NCBI GenBank assembly: GCA_966210515.1
Contig: CBIHLM010000003.1
Coordinates: 14,215 to 78,214 of the forward strand
DNA: 64,000 nt
Reading direction: 5' to 3'
DNA from: an uncultured Pedobacter sp.
GTDB taxonomy: Bacteria > Bacteroidota > Bacteroidia > Sphingobacteriales > Sphingobacteriaceae
Shown here: piece after piece, positions 28,153-38,913 of the stretch
Position numbering within the stretch: the first letter of the stretch is position 1
How the letters are laid out: every line of letters begins with the position of its first letter
Made by a program: the position numbers and the translations under genes
Notes under the pieces: model-generated
Told to the model about the DNA's origin: nothing
The model's input: the letters and a program-made list of their open reading frames with translations, nothing else
Databases searched by the model: none

Positions 28153-29082
28153 ATGCAAAAAATCTACACAAGTATAGTCGTACTATTCCTTTTCAATTGC
28201 TGCGTCTTTGCGCAGGATACAGATTCGCTGCTACAGTCGCTTGACTCATCTAAATATGCAGGAGGTAAAACCAGCGCTACGTTTAAGTCGACCAGAATAG
28301 TTTTGTCGCATTCGAGCGAAACTCAAAAAAAACATGATTTGGATTTACGCATCCGTCATCATTTTGGAGATATCGGAGAGGAATTTGGTAGTTCACATAC
28401 ATTGTTTGGACTTGACGGAGCTACAGACCTTTATATTGGCTTGGACTTCGGACTAACAGATAAATTAACCCTGGGTATCGGCAGAAGTAAACGCGAAGAA
28501 CTCTATAATTTTTTCATTAAACAAAAAACGATTCAACAAAGTCAAAGAATTCCACTTACGATCACACTTCTTGGGCAGGCCGGAATTATTGCCAGAGAAG
28601 AAAATTTTAATAATGAATTTAATGGCGACTCGACCAGGAACAGCTACTTACTTCAGGCAATCATAGCGAAAAAGTTTTCAGAACATCTTTCTTTGCAAAT
28701 TTCACCAACCTACCTGCTTCGCTCTGAACATATCGCTTTTGGCGATCAGCAAAATCTTTTCAGTCTGGGCTTTGCAGGTAGATTCAAATTAAGCAAGCGG
28801 CTCTCTTTGATCGGCGACTATCAACTTGTGAATGCTTTCGGCCGCCCGGACAGCTTTTCTGAAAGCTATTTTAACCCGCTTGGCGTCGGATTAGAAATTG
28901 AAACCGGCGGACACGTATTTTCTCTCAACTTCATGAATTCCGAATATATTATTGAAAACAACTTTCTGCCGGAGACAAAAAAGTCGTGGAATGATGGAGG
29001 TGTACGCTTCGGATTCACTATCTCAAGAAATTTCAGTCTCGGAAGATCAAGGAATCCGGATACCCAATCAAAAATCTATTAA
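28153..29082 (+). CDS. DUF5777-like outer-membrane beta-barrel protein
   Basis: TFKSTRIV, IRHHFG..TLFGLD, GVGLEIETGGHVFSLNF and FGFTISRNF; signal peptide VFA|Q. Confidence 0.78.
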   Translation: MQKIYTSIVVLFLFNCCVFAQDTDSLLQSLDSSKYAGGKTSATFKSTRIVLSHSSETQKKHDLDLRIRHHFGDIGEEFGSSHTLFGLDGATDLYIGLDFGLTDKLTLGIGRSKREELYNFFIKQKTIQQSQRIPLTITLLGQAGIIAREENFNNEFNGDSTRNSYLLQAIIAKKFSEHLSLQISPTYLLRSEHIAFGDQQNLFSLGFAGRFKLSKRLSLIGDYQLVNAFGRPDSFSESYFNPLGVGLEIETGGHVFSLNFMNSEYIIENNFLPETKKSWNDGGVRFGFTISRNFSLGRSRNPDTQSKIY

Positions 29083-29092
29083 ACAGCACGTT

Positions 29093-29533
29093 ATGGAAAG
29101 AGACGAATTTTTAAAAACACTGGGAATCAGCTTTGCTCTGGCATGTACAGGCACCTGTTTTCAGGCTTGCAGCAAAAGTGGAGATGACGACGACACTGGA
29201 ACGCCAAACTCCGGCAGCAATACTGTTAATGTGGATATTTCGACAATGGGATCGGTTGGGAGTCAGACCACCGTAAACGGAGTACTATTCTTTAGAATTG
29301 CTTCAGAAAACACAGCATCATCCTTTGTTGCTACAGAATCAGCATGCCCGCATCAGGGCAATCCCCTTACATGGCAACAAAATAATAATAGAATCTTTTG
29401 CAGCCTACATTCTTCAACGTATACATCCGCTGGAGCGGTAACAAATCAGCCAGTTGGCGGAGGGAGCACGAGAGCCCTTAAGATTTATTCTGTGACATTA
29501 GCAGGCACCACTTTAACAGCGACAAAGACTTAA
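29093..29533 (+). CDS. Rieske [2Fe-2S] lipoprotein with Tat-like leader
   Basis: CPHQG and CSLHS ligand motifs; leader MERDEFLK..FQA|C. Start reassigned to ATG 29093. Confidence 0.85.
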   Translation: MERDEFLKTLGISFALACTGTCFQACSKSGDDDDTGTPNSGSNTVNVDISTMGSVGSQTTVNGVLFFRIASENTASSFVATESACPHQGNPLTWQQNNNRIFCSLHSSTYTSAGAVTNQPVGGGSTRALKIYSVTLAGTTLTATKT

Positions 29534-29572
29534 TTTTCGGTAAGTTAATGTAGGGGCGATTTTTAATCATCC

Positions 29573-30628
29573 TTACAATATTTTTATTTCGAAAAGCTTA
29601 TTCCACTTTTTGCCGGTAACAAATAAGCGTTTGCCTTTAGCGTCCCAAGCGATTCCGTTTAACACAAGGCCCGAATCAAATCTGTCTTCATAAGGGGCTA
29701 ATGCCTGCAAATTCAGTTCAGCCTCAACCCCGCCGGTGTAAGGATCAATAATAATTATCCGATCCTGCATATAAACATTGGCGTAGATCTTCCCATTGAT
29801 ATACTCCAGCTCATTCAAATTACTTACAGGTCCTTTGTTATCGTAAACATCGATAGAGCTTTGCACTTGATACGTATCCTTGTTGAGCTTATAAATTGAG
29901 TGAGATCCGTCTGTATTAAGGATGTGAGTACCGTCAAAAGCTAATCCCCACCCTTCCCGGGTGCCTGTTGTGTAGGGAAACTCACCGAGTTTTGTCAAGG
30001 TATTTTTATCAAATACAAAGCCAACTCCTTCTTTCCATGTCAGCATAATAATTTTATCTCCTAACAAGGTTATCCCTTCAGCAAAAAACTGTGACCCCAA
30101 ATCCGTCTTTTGCAAAACCTTGCCCGATTTAAAATCAACTTTCCGTAAGCTTGAGTGACCATACTCACCATCACTTTCGTATAAAACCCCATCGTGATAC
30201 TCTAATCCCTGAGTGTAAGAGCTGGTATCATGCGGATAAGTGTTTACTACTTTGTAGCTATATTTTACCGGAGCATTCGCGGGAAATAGTTGGATATTAG
30301 TATTTATTTCGACAGAATCGCCGGCCGTATAAATAATGGCAGTTACTAATCGTCCGCCGAAAGGCAAACCGGTGGTTGGAAATTTCACCGCTTGAGTATC
30401 GCTGCGGCTGGTTATATATTTTGAATCAACAAAGTATGCAATGGAATCAAATCTCCCAGGTTCTGCGTCGGTTTTTAATGTGATAGTTTCGCCCGAAGTT
30501 ACTCTGCTTCCCTCATCAGGAGAAATGATATAAGTGGATTTATCAAGGGATCTCTTACATGAAAATAAAAACAGAGTTAAAGTTCCGGAAAGAACAACAA
30601 CCTTATATATTTTTTTACCAAAATGCAT
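29573..30628 (-). CDS. Glutaminyl-peptide cyclotransferase (plant/beta-propeller type), lipoprotein with N-terminal Ig-like domain
   Basis: YPHDTSSYTQGL, ESDGEYG, FAEG, EGWGL, NELE, NGIAWD and TGKKW; lipobox LFS|C. Confidence 0.92.
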   Translation of the reverse strand: MHFGKKIYKVVVLSGTLTLFLFSCKRSLDKSTYIISPDEGSRVTSGETITLKTDAEPGRFDSIAYFVDSKYITSRSDTQAVKFPTTGLPFGGRLVTAIIYTAGDSVEINTNIQLFPANAPVKYSYKVVNTYPHDTSSYTQGLEYHDGVLYESDGEYGHSSLRKVDFKSGKVLQKTDLGSQFFAEGITLLGDKIIMLTWKEGVGFVFDKNTLTKLGEFPYTTGTREGWGLAFDGTHILNTDGSHSIYKLNKDTYQVQSSIDVYDNKGPVSNLNELEYINGKIYANVYMQDRIIIIDPYTGGVEAELNLQALAPYEDRFDSGLVLNGIAWDAKGKRLFVTGKKWNKLFEIKIL

Positions 30629-30971
30629 CTTCAATGTGTTTTAATTTATATGCTCCATCATTTGAAAAAAGTATGGATACGATGTCAAATCGAATTTCAC
30701 CTTTGAAATCCATGATGTAAAGATATTCTTCTGCAGCCTTTTGCAAAAGTGTTTGTTTAGCTTCATTTACAAAATCTTCTGGCTGACCAAATCCAGTTGA
30801 TGTACGGGTTTTTACTTCCACGAAAATGATACGCTTATCGCGATAAGCAATCAAATCTACTTCAGCTTTGCCGAAGCACCAGTTCTCATCAAGAATTTCA
30901 TAGGCATTTTCCTCAAGATACTTTTTGGCGATGGATTCGCCCTGCTGGCCTAAAAGATTGTGGGTAGCCAT
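30615..30971 (-). CDS. yraN: YraN family endonuclease-fold protein
   Basis: LGQQGE, EVDLIA, FVEVKTR and IRFDIVSI. Confidence 0.92.
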   Translation of the reverse strand: MATHNLLGQQGESIAKKYLEENAYEILDENWCFGKAEVDLIAYRDKRIIFVEVKTRTSTGFGQPEDFVNEAKQTLLQKAAEEYLYIMDFKGEIRFDIVSILFSNDGAYKLKHIEDAFW

Positions 30972-32899
30972 TACTTCAAAACTACAGATCCTAAAAAGCT
31001 GGAAATACCTTTTTCAACCTCCTTCACACGCAAATAACGTTGCATCAAAATGATTTGATTATCCTCATCGGTTTCCTGCTGAATCTCCAGTCGAATATTT
31101 TTAAGAATACGGTCAACCTTACGTTTCTTCAAGTGAAAAATCCCGCCTAAAATGGTGGCTCGCATATTTTCGGTCTCGTTACGAACATAAATCTTCCGCT
31201 TGTTATACCAGTTTTCACTTAAATTATATTGAGAAGAAATCAGAGAAATTGCAAGCTCGGAAATCCTGGCGTCAGAATGGTTAATAAAATCTTGCACCGT
31301 TGGCAGCTCTCCATTCTCAATGCGCTTATTATATTCTTCTAAAACACTTTTACACTGCGGATTATCAAAAGTCACATCGGCCAGATTGGAAATAACGTAT
31401 GGCGCGATGTAGGTATCCGTAATGCCGTCCCAGTGAACCAGCTCATGTCCATAATTTAAAAGCAAGCGAACAATTTCCTTTTCCTGAAATTCGTCATTGT
31501 CGGTATAGGTCTCCGCATCGAAAAATCCTTCGGGGGGAGGTAACTCCTCAGGTCTTCCGGCAGATGGTTCAGGCCTGTTATTCTCTCTTTTATTTTTATT
31601 GAGCCTTAACTTATTTAATTCGGCAATCAGAACACGCTCTTCAATTTGCAGCAAAGAGCTGCATTCTCGCACAAAGACTGAAGCTTTAATGTCATCGGGA
31701 ATTTTGGCGATGCTATCAACCACATCATGTATAATTCCAGCCTTTTTTATGGGATCATTCCCTGCATCCTTTAGCAGGATAGAGGTTTTATATAAAATAA
31801 AATCTTGCTGGTTTTTTTCGAGGAAAGTTTTGAAAGCGGCGCTTCCAAGCTTTTGAACGTATGAATCGGGGTCATTCCCTTCCGGGAAAAGAACCACTTT
31901 CACATTCAGACCCTCTTCCAAAATCATATCCAAGCCTCTCAGTGAAGCTTTAATTCCGGCGGCATCACCGTCGAAGAGGATCGTTATGTTTTTTGTAAAA
32001 CGAGAAATGAGCCGGATTTGCTCGACCGTAAGTGAAGTTCCCGACGAAGCAACCACGTTTTCTATACCCGCCTGTTGGACAGAAAGCACATCTGCGTATC
32101 CTTCAACCAGGTAACAATTATCTAAATCGCGTATCGCTTTCTTGGCAAAGAAAAGTCCGTAGAGAACGTTTGATTTATGATAGATTTCACTCTCCGGAGA
32201 GTTTACATATTTGGGTACGTTCTTGTCGGTTTTAAGAGTTCGCCCGCCAAAGCCGATGATCCTACCTGTAAAGTTGTGGATCGGAAACATCACCCGTCCG
32301 CGGAAGCGATCGTATAATCCTCCTTTGTCGTTCCGGATTGACAGTCCGGTTTCTTCTAAAAATTCTTCCTTATATCCTTCCCGTACAGCTTTTTCGCCTA
32401 AAGCGCCCCATTCATCCGGCGAATAGCCGAGTTCGAACTTCTTAATAATGTCATCCCGGAAGCCTCTCTCTTTAAAATAACCTAAACCTATGGTTTGCCC
32501 AGCCTGTGTTTCCCACATGTTGTGGCTGAAAAACTTGGCCGCCCATGAAGAGATCACAAAAAGACTTTCCCTGCGGCTATCAGCCACCTGTTGTTCGGGC
32601 GAGGCTTCAATCTCCGCGATCTCAATATTGTATTTATTAGCTAAATACTTTAACGCTTCCGGATAAGAGTACTTCTCGTGATCCATGATAAAGCGGGTAG
32701 AATCACCGCCTTTACCGCAGCCAAAGCATTTATAAATTCCCTTATTTACTGATACGTGAAAGGAAGGAGTTTTCTCATTATGAAAGGGGCAATTCCCAAT
32801 TAAACTAGTACCACGTTTTTTAAGATGCACAAAGTCGCCAACCACCTCTTCAATACGAGCGGTTTCCAGGATTTTATCGACGGTTTCTTTGGCAATCAT
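30971..32899 (-). CDS. dnaG: DNA primase
   Basis: CPFHNEKTPSF..CFGC zinc-binding domain, KYVNSPE, VEGYAD and FDGDAAG Toprim motifs. Confidence 0.98.
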   Translation of the reverse strand: MIAKETVDKILETARIEEVVGDFVHLKKRGTSLIGNCPFHNEKTPSFHVSVNKGIYKCFGCGKGGDSTRFIMDHEKYSYPEALKYLANKYNIEIAEIEASPEQQVADSRRESLFVISSWAAKFFSHNMWETQAGQTIGLGYFKERGFRDDIIKKFELGYSPDEWGALGEKAVREGYKEEFLEETGLSIRNDKGGLYDRFRGRVMFPIHNFTGRIIGFGGRTLKTDKNVPKYVNSPESEIYHKSNVLYGLFFAKKAIRDLDNCYLVEGYADVLSVQQAGIENVVASSGTSLTVEQIRLISRFTKNITILFDGDAAGIKASLRGLDMILEEGLNVKVVLFPEGNDPDSYVQKLGSAAFKTFLEKNQQDFILYKTSILLKDAGNDPIKKAGIIHDVVDSIAKIPDDIKASVFVRECSSLLQIEERVLIAELNKLRLNKNKRENNRPEPSAGRPEELPPPEGFFDAETYTDNDEFQEKEIVRLLLNYGHELVHWDGITDTYIAPYVISNLADVTFDNPQCKSVLEEYNKRIENGELPTVQDFINHSDARISELAISLISSQYNLSENWYNKRKIYVRNETENMRATILGGIFHLKKRKVDRILKNIRLEIQQETDEDNQIILMQRYLRVKEVEKGISSFLGSVVLK

Positions 32900-32950
32900 C
32901 AGGAAAAATAAAAGGATTTAATGTACACAGAATTCCGGACTACATCAAGC

Positions 32951-33898
32951 TTACTTTTTGCCTGGTTTGTAGCCCTTATGCAAGATCAGGAAGCTCGCCT
33001 TTTCTTCCTTTTTTAATGGGATATCCCAATCACCCTGATAACTTATTTTTGTAGGCAACAATACCTCACCATTATCAAAATAACCCAGCTCTATATTCAT
33101 CTGCACATCAAAATCAAACGCAATATTATCGTACTTCATATCCACGTATCGGCCAAGAATCTGGAAGTTTCGCTTATCGAAGATCGTGGTCAGCTCTTTG
33201 ATCATTAGTCCGTCTTCCGTCCACCGGGTTATATCGGGTTTAACTTTAACCGTAAATTTATATACCGGGATGGAATCCAGATATGTGCTGGAAAAAAAAG
33301 TATAGTTATAATACTGACGCATGTTGGCAGTAAAGATTTGAGTTTTTCCGCCAATAATCGGAACCCCTTTAATCGGCCTTCCGGGACTAAAAATCAATGT
33401 TTTTAGCTTATCCTTATAGGATTCATTCGTTCCCCCAGCCTTTCCCGAAGATGGAGCGGCAGACTCAAAATCCGAATTATAAGGGTTCATGAAAATGTAA
33501 TCAAACATCTCAACAGTGTACAATTGAAACTTGCCGTTCTTTTTATAAAGTTTACCACTATCCTGCTTAGCTAAGAACTGCATTTGGTATGGGCCATTGT
33601 TATTATGGTAGATCTTACGAAACACTTTCCCCTCGATCTTATTTTTTTTATCATATGTAAACACCCTGTTTTCAGCTGTGAAACTGTATTTTTTCATGTT
33701 GCTGAAAGCTTCGTAAAAGCTGGTATCTTTTAAGATCTCATTAATAAATGTCTCAACAGTAAGTCTTTTTGCTGTAATATTTATTACCGTATCAAATGTG
33801 ACAGTGAGAACTGTGTCGGGATTATAACGAGGAATTTGCTGCGCCTCGGCAAAAAAAGATATTGTTAAGAAAAAGAAGGCTGTTATTATATTTTTCAT
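32951..33898 (-). CDS. Hypothetical secreted protein
   Basis: Signal peptide AEA|Q from ATG 33898; beta-rich C-terminal half; no family recognised with confidence. Confidence 0.7.
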   Translation of the reverse strand: MKNIITAFFFLTISFFAEAQQIPRYNPDTVLTVTFDTVINITAKRLTVETFINEILKDTSFYEAFSNMKKYSFTAENRVFTYDKKNKIEGKVFRKIYHNNNGPYQMQFLAKQDSGKLYKKNGKFQLYTVEMFDYIFMNPYNSDFESAAPSSGKAGGTNESYKDKLKTLIFSPGRPIKGVPIIGGKTQIFTANMRQYYNYTFFSSTYLDSIPVYKFTVKVKPDITRWTEDGLMIKELTTIFDKRNFQILGRYVDMKYDNIAFDFDVQMNIELGYFDNGEVLLPTKISYQGDWDIPLKKEEKASFLILHKGYKPGKK

Positions 33899-34005
33899 TA
33901 GAATATAATTGTTTTTACGGAGATGAAGCAATCATCTTATTTAAAGCAGGTGAATAAGTTTGCGACAAACCCGGAAGACATTTCAAAAAAACCGCAAAAA
34001 TCCGC

Positions 34006-35190
34006 CTAATTTCCTAACTGTTTCAAAGCAGTGTAAGCCATTAATCCTACGCCTGTTTTTAAAGCGCTTTCATCAATGTTAAATGTCGGTGTATGTACTG
34101 AAGATGTAATTCCCTTCGCCTCGTTCCGAATTCCTAAACGATAAAAACAAGCGTCGGAAACCTGAGAATAATACGCAAAGTCTTCTGCAGCCATCCATAT
34201 ATCGATATCCAGCACGTTTTCCTCTCCAAGATAATCTACCGCGCACTCGCGAACCTTAGCGGTCAGTTTTTCCTCATTTACAAGAAATGGATAACCATTC
34301 ACAATATTAAAATCGCAGCTTCCACCCATGCTTTCAGCGATCCCTTCCGCCATTTTTTTCATGCGCTTATGAGCTTCCGCACGCCATGTTTCATCCATGG
34401 TTCTGAAAGTGCCTTCCAGTTTCACTTCATTAGGTATGATGTTAGTTGCACCGTTTGCAATTACTTTACCAAAAGACAATACTGTAGGGAGCTTTGGATC
34501 GGCGACGCGGCTTACGATTTGCTGCAAAGCGACGATGATGTGCGACGTGATTAAAACGGGATCAATATTTTGCTGAGGCTGTGCACCATGGCCACCTTTT
34601 CCTGTAACAGTGACATACAATTCGTCGGTAGAAGCCATGTATTTCCCCGAGCGGATACCTATTTTACCGGCATCGATCAAAGGCATAACATGCTGGCCGA
34701 TAACAGCCTGGGGTTTCGGATTCTCCAGCACTCCTTCTTTGATCATTACGCTTGCTCCGCCGGGTAGTTTTTCTTCTGCCGGCTGAAAAATAAGTTTTAT
34801 TGTGCCACCAAATTCGGATTTCAGTTCTGTAAGAATCCTCGCCACTCCAAGTAAAGATGAAGTGTGCACGTCGTGTCCGCAGGCATGCATTATGCCTTCA
34901 TTCTTCGATTTATAAGAAACATCGTTAGCCTCTATAATCGGCAGAGCATCCATGTCTGCACGCAAAGCGATGACAGATTCAGAGGGCTTGTCGCCCCTTA
35001 ATAATCCTACAACGCCCGTGTCAGCCATTGGCGACCATTGAATGCCTAAGGCATCAAGCTGAGACTTAACAAATGCGGAGGTTTGATACTCTGCAAATGA
35101 CAATTCAGGATTCTGATGCAAATGCCTGCGAATGTCGATCACATCGGAGTGAATACTTTCTGCTAAGGCCCGGACTTTTTCTTTTAACAT
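34006..35190 (-). CDS. M20D family amidohydrolase
   Basis: HQNPELS, ALRADMDALP, MHACGHD, FQPAEE, GGHGA and EDFAYY. Confidence 0.93.
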   Translation of the reverse strand: MLKEKVRALAESIHSDVIDIRRHLHQNPELSFAEYQTSAFVKSQLDALGIQWSPMADTGVVGLLRGDKPSESVIALRADMDALPIIEANDVSYKSKNEGIMHACGHDVHTSSLLGVARILTELKSEFGGTIKLIFQPAEEKLPGGASVMIKEGVLENPKPQAVIGQHVMPLIDAGKIGIRSGKYMASTDELYVTVTGKGGHGAQPQQNIDPVLITSHIIVALQQIVSRVADPKLPTVLSFGKVIANGATNIIPNEVKLEGTFRTMDETWRAEAHKRMKKMAEGIAESMGGSCDFNIVNGYPFLVNEEKLTAKVRECAVDYLGEENVLDIDIWMAAEDFAYYSQVSDACFYRLGIRNEAKGITSSVHTPTFNIDESALKTGVGLMAYTALKQLGN

Positions 35191-35247
35191 TTAGTGCAAT
35201 TCAAAAATTAAAAAATTAAAAACTGAATGAACTTTATAACACTAACC

Positions 35248-38200
35248 TTATTCCAGACCTGCACCATGGCAGTTCTTATATTTTTTCCCGCTTCCGCAAG
35301 GACAAGGATCGTTTCTTCCAATTTTAACCTCTGCTCGTACCGGCATTGTTTTTTGGATTTCACGAGTATCTTCCATTGGAGCGCCACCAGCACTTGCTAA
35401 TGCAGCAAGCTGTGGTTTAGAAACTTTTAATTTAGACAGATCTTGTTTGGGTTGCGGACGAGCCTCTCTTACCTCTTCCGACTGCTGAGATGGAATTCCG
35501 CCCTTAAATAAGAAGCTAACCACTTCTTTATTCACCGTTACAAGCATTTGTTTAAATAAATTAAACGCTTCCATCTTGTAAATAACCAATGGATCTTTCT
35601 GCTCGTAAACCGCATTCTGAACGGATTGCTTTAACTCATCCATTTCGCGAAGGTGCTCTTTCCATGACTCATCAATCAAGGCAAGAACTACAGTCTTTTC
35701 AAAAGATTTAAATACTTCTGTTCCTTTGCTTTCTACTGCTTTTTTAAGATTTGCAGAAACCTGCATTCCCCTGATTCCATCTGTAAACGGAACAATGATA
35801 TTTTCTATAAACTCTCCACGTTCTTCAAAAACCTGTTTAAGTACCGGGTAAGCTTGCTGAGCAATCACTTCAATTTTACGCTGATAGTAATCAGTTACTT
35901 TAGCAAACATACGCTCGGTTAACTTAGCTATTGACGAGGCAGTGAACTCATCTTCAGTAATTTCAGGATCGATTGAGAATATCCTTATCAACTCTAATTT
36001 AAAGCCTTCAAAGTTTGAGGTTTCCTTGTACTCAGTTATAATATCTTCAACCGTATCAAAAAAGGTATTGTTCAGATCCACTTCAAGGCGTTCGCCGAAA
36101 AGAGCATTTTTACGTTTAGCATAAATAACTGATCGCTGCGAGTTCATCACATCATCATACTCAAGCAAACGCTTACGAATACCAAAGTTGTTTTCTTCGA
36201 CCTTCCGTTGTGCACGTTCAATTGACTTAGTGATCATTGAATGCTGAATTACCTCACCATCTTCAATCCCCATTCTTAACATGATGTTTGAAATCCTTTC
36301 AGAACCAAACAAACGCATTAAATTATCTTCAAGAGACACGAAGAATTGAGAGGATCCAGGGTCTCCCTGACGACCTGCACGACCGCGTAACTGCCTGTCA
36401 ACACGACGGGATTCATGACGCTCAGTACCGACAATGGCTAAACCTCCGGCTTCTTTAACACCTTCACCTAATTTAATATCCGTACCACGACCAGCCATAT
36501 TGGTGGCAATGGTAACTGTTCCGGCTTTACCCGCTTCGGCAACAATATCTGCTTCTTTCTGGTGAAGTTTCGCATTTAACACATTATGCCTAACACCTCT
36601 CAGTTTCAGCATCCGGCTTAATAACTCTGAAATCTCAACGGAAGTTGTACCAACCAAAACTGGCCTTCCAGCCTGAGTTAATGACGCAATCTCATCCACA
36701 ACCGCATTGTATTTCTCGCGCATGGTACGATAAACCTTATCCTCCATGTCTTTACGTTGCATCGGTACGTTAGTTGGGATTTCAACTACATCCAATTTAT
36801 AGATCTGCCATAGCTCGCCTGCTTCTGTAGTGGCCGTACCAGTCATACCGGCTAGCTTATGGTACATTCTGAAATAGTTCTGAAGAGTAATAGTTGCATA
36901 GGTTTGAGATGCGTCCTCAACCTTTACATTCTCTTTAGCTTCAATCGCCTGGTGCAAACCATCAGAATAACGACGACCTTCCATAACACGGCCGGTCTGC
37001 TCATCGACGATTTTGATTTTTCCTTCGTCAATGATGTATTCAACATCATTTTCGAACAAAGTGTATGCCTTTAACAGCTGATTTACAGAGTGAATCCGTT
37101 CTGATTTCACTGAAAAATCACGCATCAAAGAATCCTTTTTAGCAAGTTTCTCTTCTGTGCTCAGAGTCGATTTTTCTATATCGGCTATTTCGGAACCGAC
37201 ATCCGGCATCACAAAGAAACCAGCATCTTCGCCTGAAGCAGTAATTAGCTCAATACCTTTCTCAGTAAGTTCTACCTGGTTATGTTTTTCATCAATAATA
37301 AAAAACAACTCTTCGTCAACCTTTGGCATTTCCTTACCCTGATCCTGCATATAGTAGTTTTCAGTTTTGGTAAGAACCTGTTTGACGCCCGATTCACTCA
37401 AGAATTTGATTAAAGCCTTACTTTTCGGCAATCCGCGATGTGCCCGTAATAAAGCCAGTCCGCCTTCGTTAACACCCGACTTACCATCAGCAATTTGTTT
37501 CTTAGCTTCATTTAAGGCTGTGTTGACAAAACTTTTCTGAGCATTTACCAAGCGCTCGATGCGAGGTTTCAAATCATAAAATTCGTGTTCATCACCTCTC
37601 GGTATCGGACCTGAAATAATTAATGGGGTACGTGCATCATCAATTAAAACTGAATCGACCTCATCCACCATAGCAAAATGCAGTTTCCGCTGTACAAGGC
37701 TTTCTGGCGATTGCGTCATGTTATCACGCAGGTAATCGAAACCAAACTCATTATTGGTACCAAAAGTGATGTCGGCTAAATAAGCATTACGCCTGCCTTC
37801 AGAATTTGGCTGATGCTTATCAATACAATCAACGCTTAACTCATGAAATTCGAATAAAGGACCGTTCCACTCGGAGTCACGGCGGGCAAGATAATCGTTA
37901 ACAGTAACGATATGCACACCCTGACCAGCAAGCGCGTTCAGATATGCAGGTAAGGTTCCAACAAGAGTTTTACCTTCACCTGTAGTCATCTCAGCAATTT
38001 TACCCTGGTGCAATACGATACCACCAATTAGCTGAACATCATAATGAATCATGTTCCACACAACCTCGGTACCTGCTGCTAACCAGGTATTGTGGTGAAT
38101 TGCCTTATCGCCTTTTATCTGTACGTTATTTTTGCGAGCGGCCAATTCGCGGTCGAATTGAGTAGCTGTAACTTCAATAGTTTTATTTTCCGTAAAACGA

Positions 38201-38556
38201 CGGGCAGTTTCTTTCACCACCGCAAATGCCTGAGGAAGAATTTCCAATAAAACAACCTCAAGCTGCTTATCGCGGTCTTTACCTAGTTTATCTACTTTAT
38301 CGTATAGATCCGTTTTATCATGAATGGACAATTCAGAATTTTCAGCTTCTTCTTTCAATTGCTGAATTTCCTGATCTATTGCAGCTAAAGCTTCTTTTAT
38401 TATAGCTTTAAATTCCGCAGTTTTCTGACGCAATTCATCATCGCTTAGCGAAGCCAGTTTTGGATATTCTGCTTTAATCTGTTCAACCAATGGCTGAATT
38501 TGCTTTATATCGCGTTCGGATTTACTTCCGAATAGTTTATTTAAAAAACCTAACAT
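35248..38556 (-). CDS. secA: Preprotein translocase subunit SecA
   Basis: [35 protein letters not shown] and C-terminal [19 protein letters not shown]; start reassigned to ATG 38556. Confidence 0.99.
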   Translation of the reverse strand: MLGFLNKLFGSKSERDIKQIQPLVEQIKAEYPKLASLSDDELRQKTAEFKAIIKEALAAIDQEIQQLKEEAENSELSIHDKTDLYDKVDKLGKDRDKQLEVVLLEILPQAFAVVKETARRFTENKTIEVTATQFDRELAARKNNVQIKGDKAIHHNTWLAAGTEVVWNMIHYDVQLIGGIVLHQGKIAEMTTGEGKTLVGTLPAYLNALAGQGVHIVTVNDYLARRDSEWNGPLFEFHELSVDCIDKHQPNSEGRRNAYLADITFGTNNEFGFDYLRDNMTQSPESLVQRKLHFAMVDEVDSVLIDDARTPLIISGPIPRGDEHEFYDLKPRIERLVNAQKSFVNTALNEAKKQIADGKSGVNEGGLALLRAHRGLPKSKALIKFLSESGVKQVLTKTENYYMQDQGKEMPKVDEELFFIIDEKHNQVELTEKGIELITASGEDAGFFVMPDVGSEIADIEKSTLSTEEKLAKKDSLMRDFSVKSERIHSVNQLLKAYTLFENDVEYIIDEGKIKIVDEQTGRVMEGRRYSDGLHQAIEAKENVKVEDASQTYATITLQNYFRMYHKLAGMTGTATTEAGELWQIYKLDVVEIPTNVPMQRKDMEDKVYRTMREKYNAVVDEIASLTQAGRPVLVGTTSVEISELLSRMLKLRGVRHNVLNAKLHQKEADIVAEAGKAGTVTIATNMAGRGTDIKLGEGVKEAGGLAIVGTERHESRRVDRQLRGRAGRQGDPGSSQFFVSLEDNLMRLFGSERISNIMLRMGIEDGEVIQHSMITKSIERAQRKVEENNFGIRKRLLEYDDVMNSQRSVIYAKRKNALFGERLEVDLNNTFFDTVEDIITEYKETSNFEGFKLELIRIFSIDPEITEDEFTASSIAKLTERMFAKVTDYYQRKIEVIAQQAYPVLKQVFEERGEFIENIIVPFTDGIRGMQVSANLKKAVESKGTEVFKSFEKTVVLALIDESWKEHLREMDELKQSVQNAVYEQKDPLVIYKMEAFNLFKQMLVTVNKEVVSFLFKGGIPSQQSEEVREARPQPKQDLSKLKVSKPQLAALASAGGAPMEDTREIQKTMPVRAEVKIGRNDPCPCGSGKKYKNCHGAGLE

Positions 38557-38901
38557 GTTGTATCGAATGAACTCTGTTTTAATCAATAACTACGCCATCA
38601 ATGGCGATAAGCCAATATGACATAATTGCAAGCAAAATTAATTTTATTTGCTGAATAATTGCTGGGAAAAGCAATCTATTATATAACTGGCAGAGTGAAA
38701 AAAAATTGCTTGATAAAAAGCGGAGAAAATGAGCTTTAATTCGTTGAATTGATAAAATCACCGCGTTATGGAATATAGTACCCAATGCGAGATTTTCTTA
38801 CTGATGTTTTTAAACAAGCAAATTTTCAGCCATCCCTGACCTTATAAGGTTAAATTCCGACGCTAATACATATCTAAATTCCCTTTAACAATATAGAATT
38901 T

Positions 38902-38909
38902 TATCTTTG
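38902..38909 (+). promoter_or_regulatory. -7 box TATCTTTG four nt before the purD ATG
   Basis: TATCTTTG-CGCC-ATG matches the Bacteroidota TAnnTTTG consensus. Confidence 0.6.
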
Positions 38910-38913
38910 CGCC

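Noticed and set aside
28952-29092. N-terminal extension of the Rieske ORF
   Set aside because: It overlaps the DUF5777 gene; ATG 29093 restores a Tat-like leader at the N-terminus.
38593-38606. CGCCAT-CA-ATGGCG palindrome in the secA leader
   Set aside because: Short, single and compatible with chance; no supporting second site.
38579-38785. 68-aa ORF upstream of secA as a SecM-like arrest peptide
   Set aside because: No signal peptide or recognisable arrest motif; it runs through the likely secA -7 box (38633-38640) in an AT-rich divergent promoter region.
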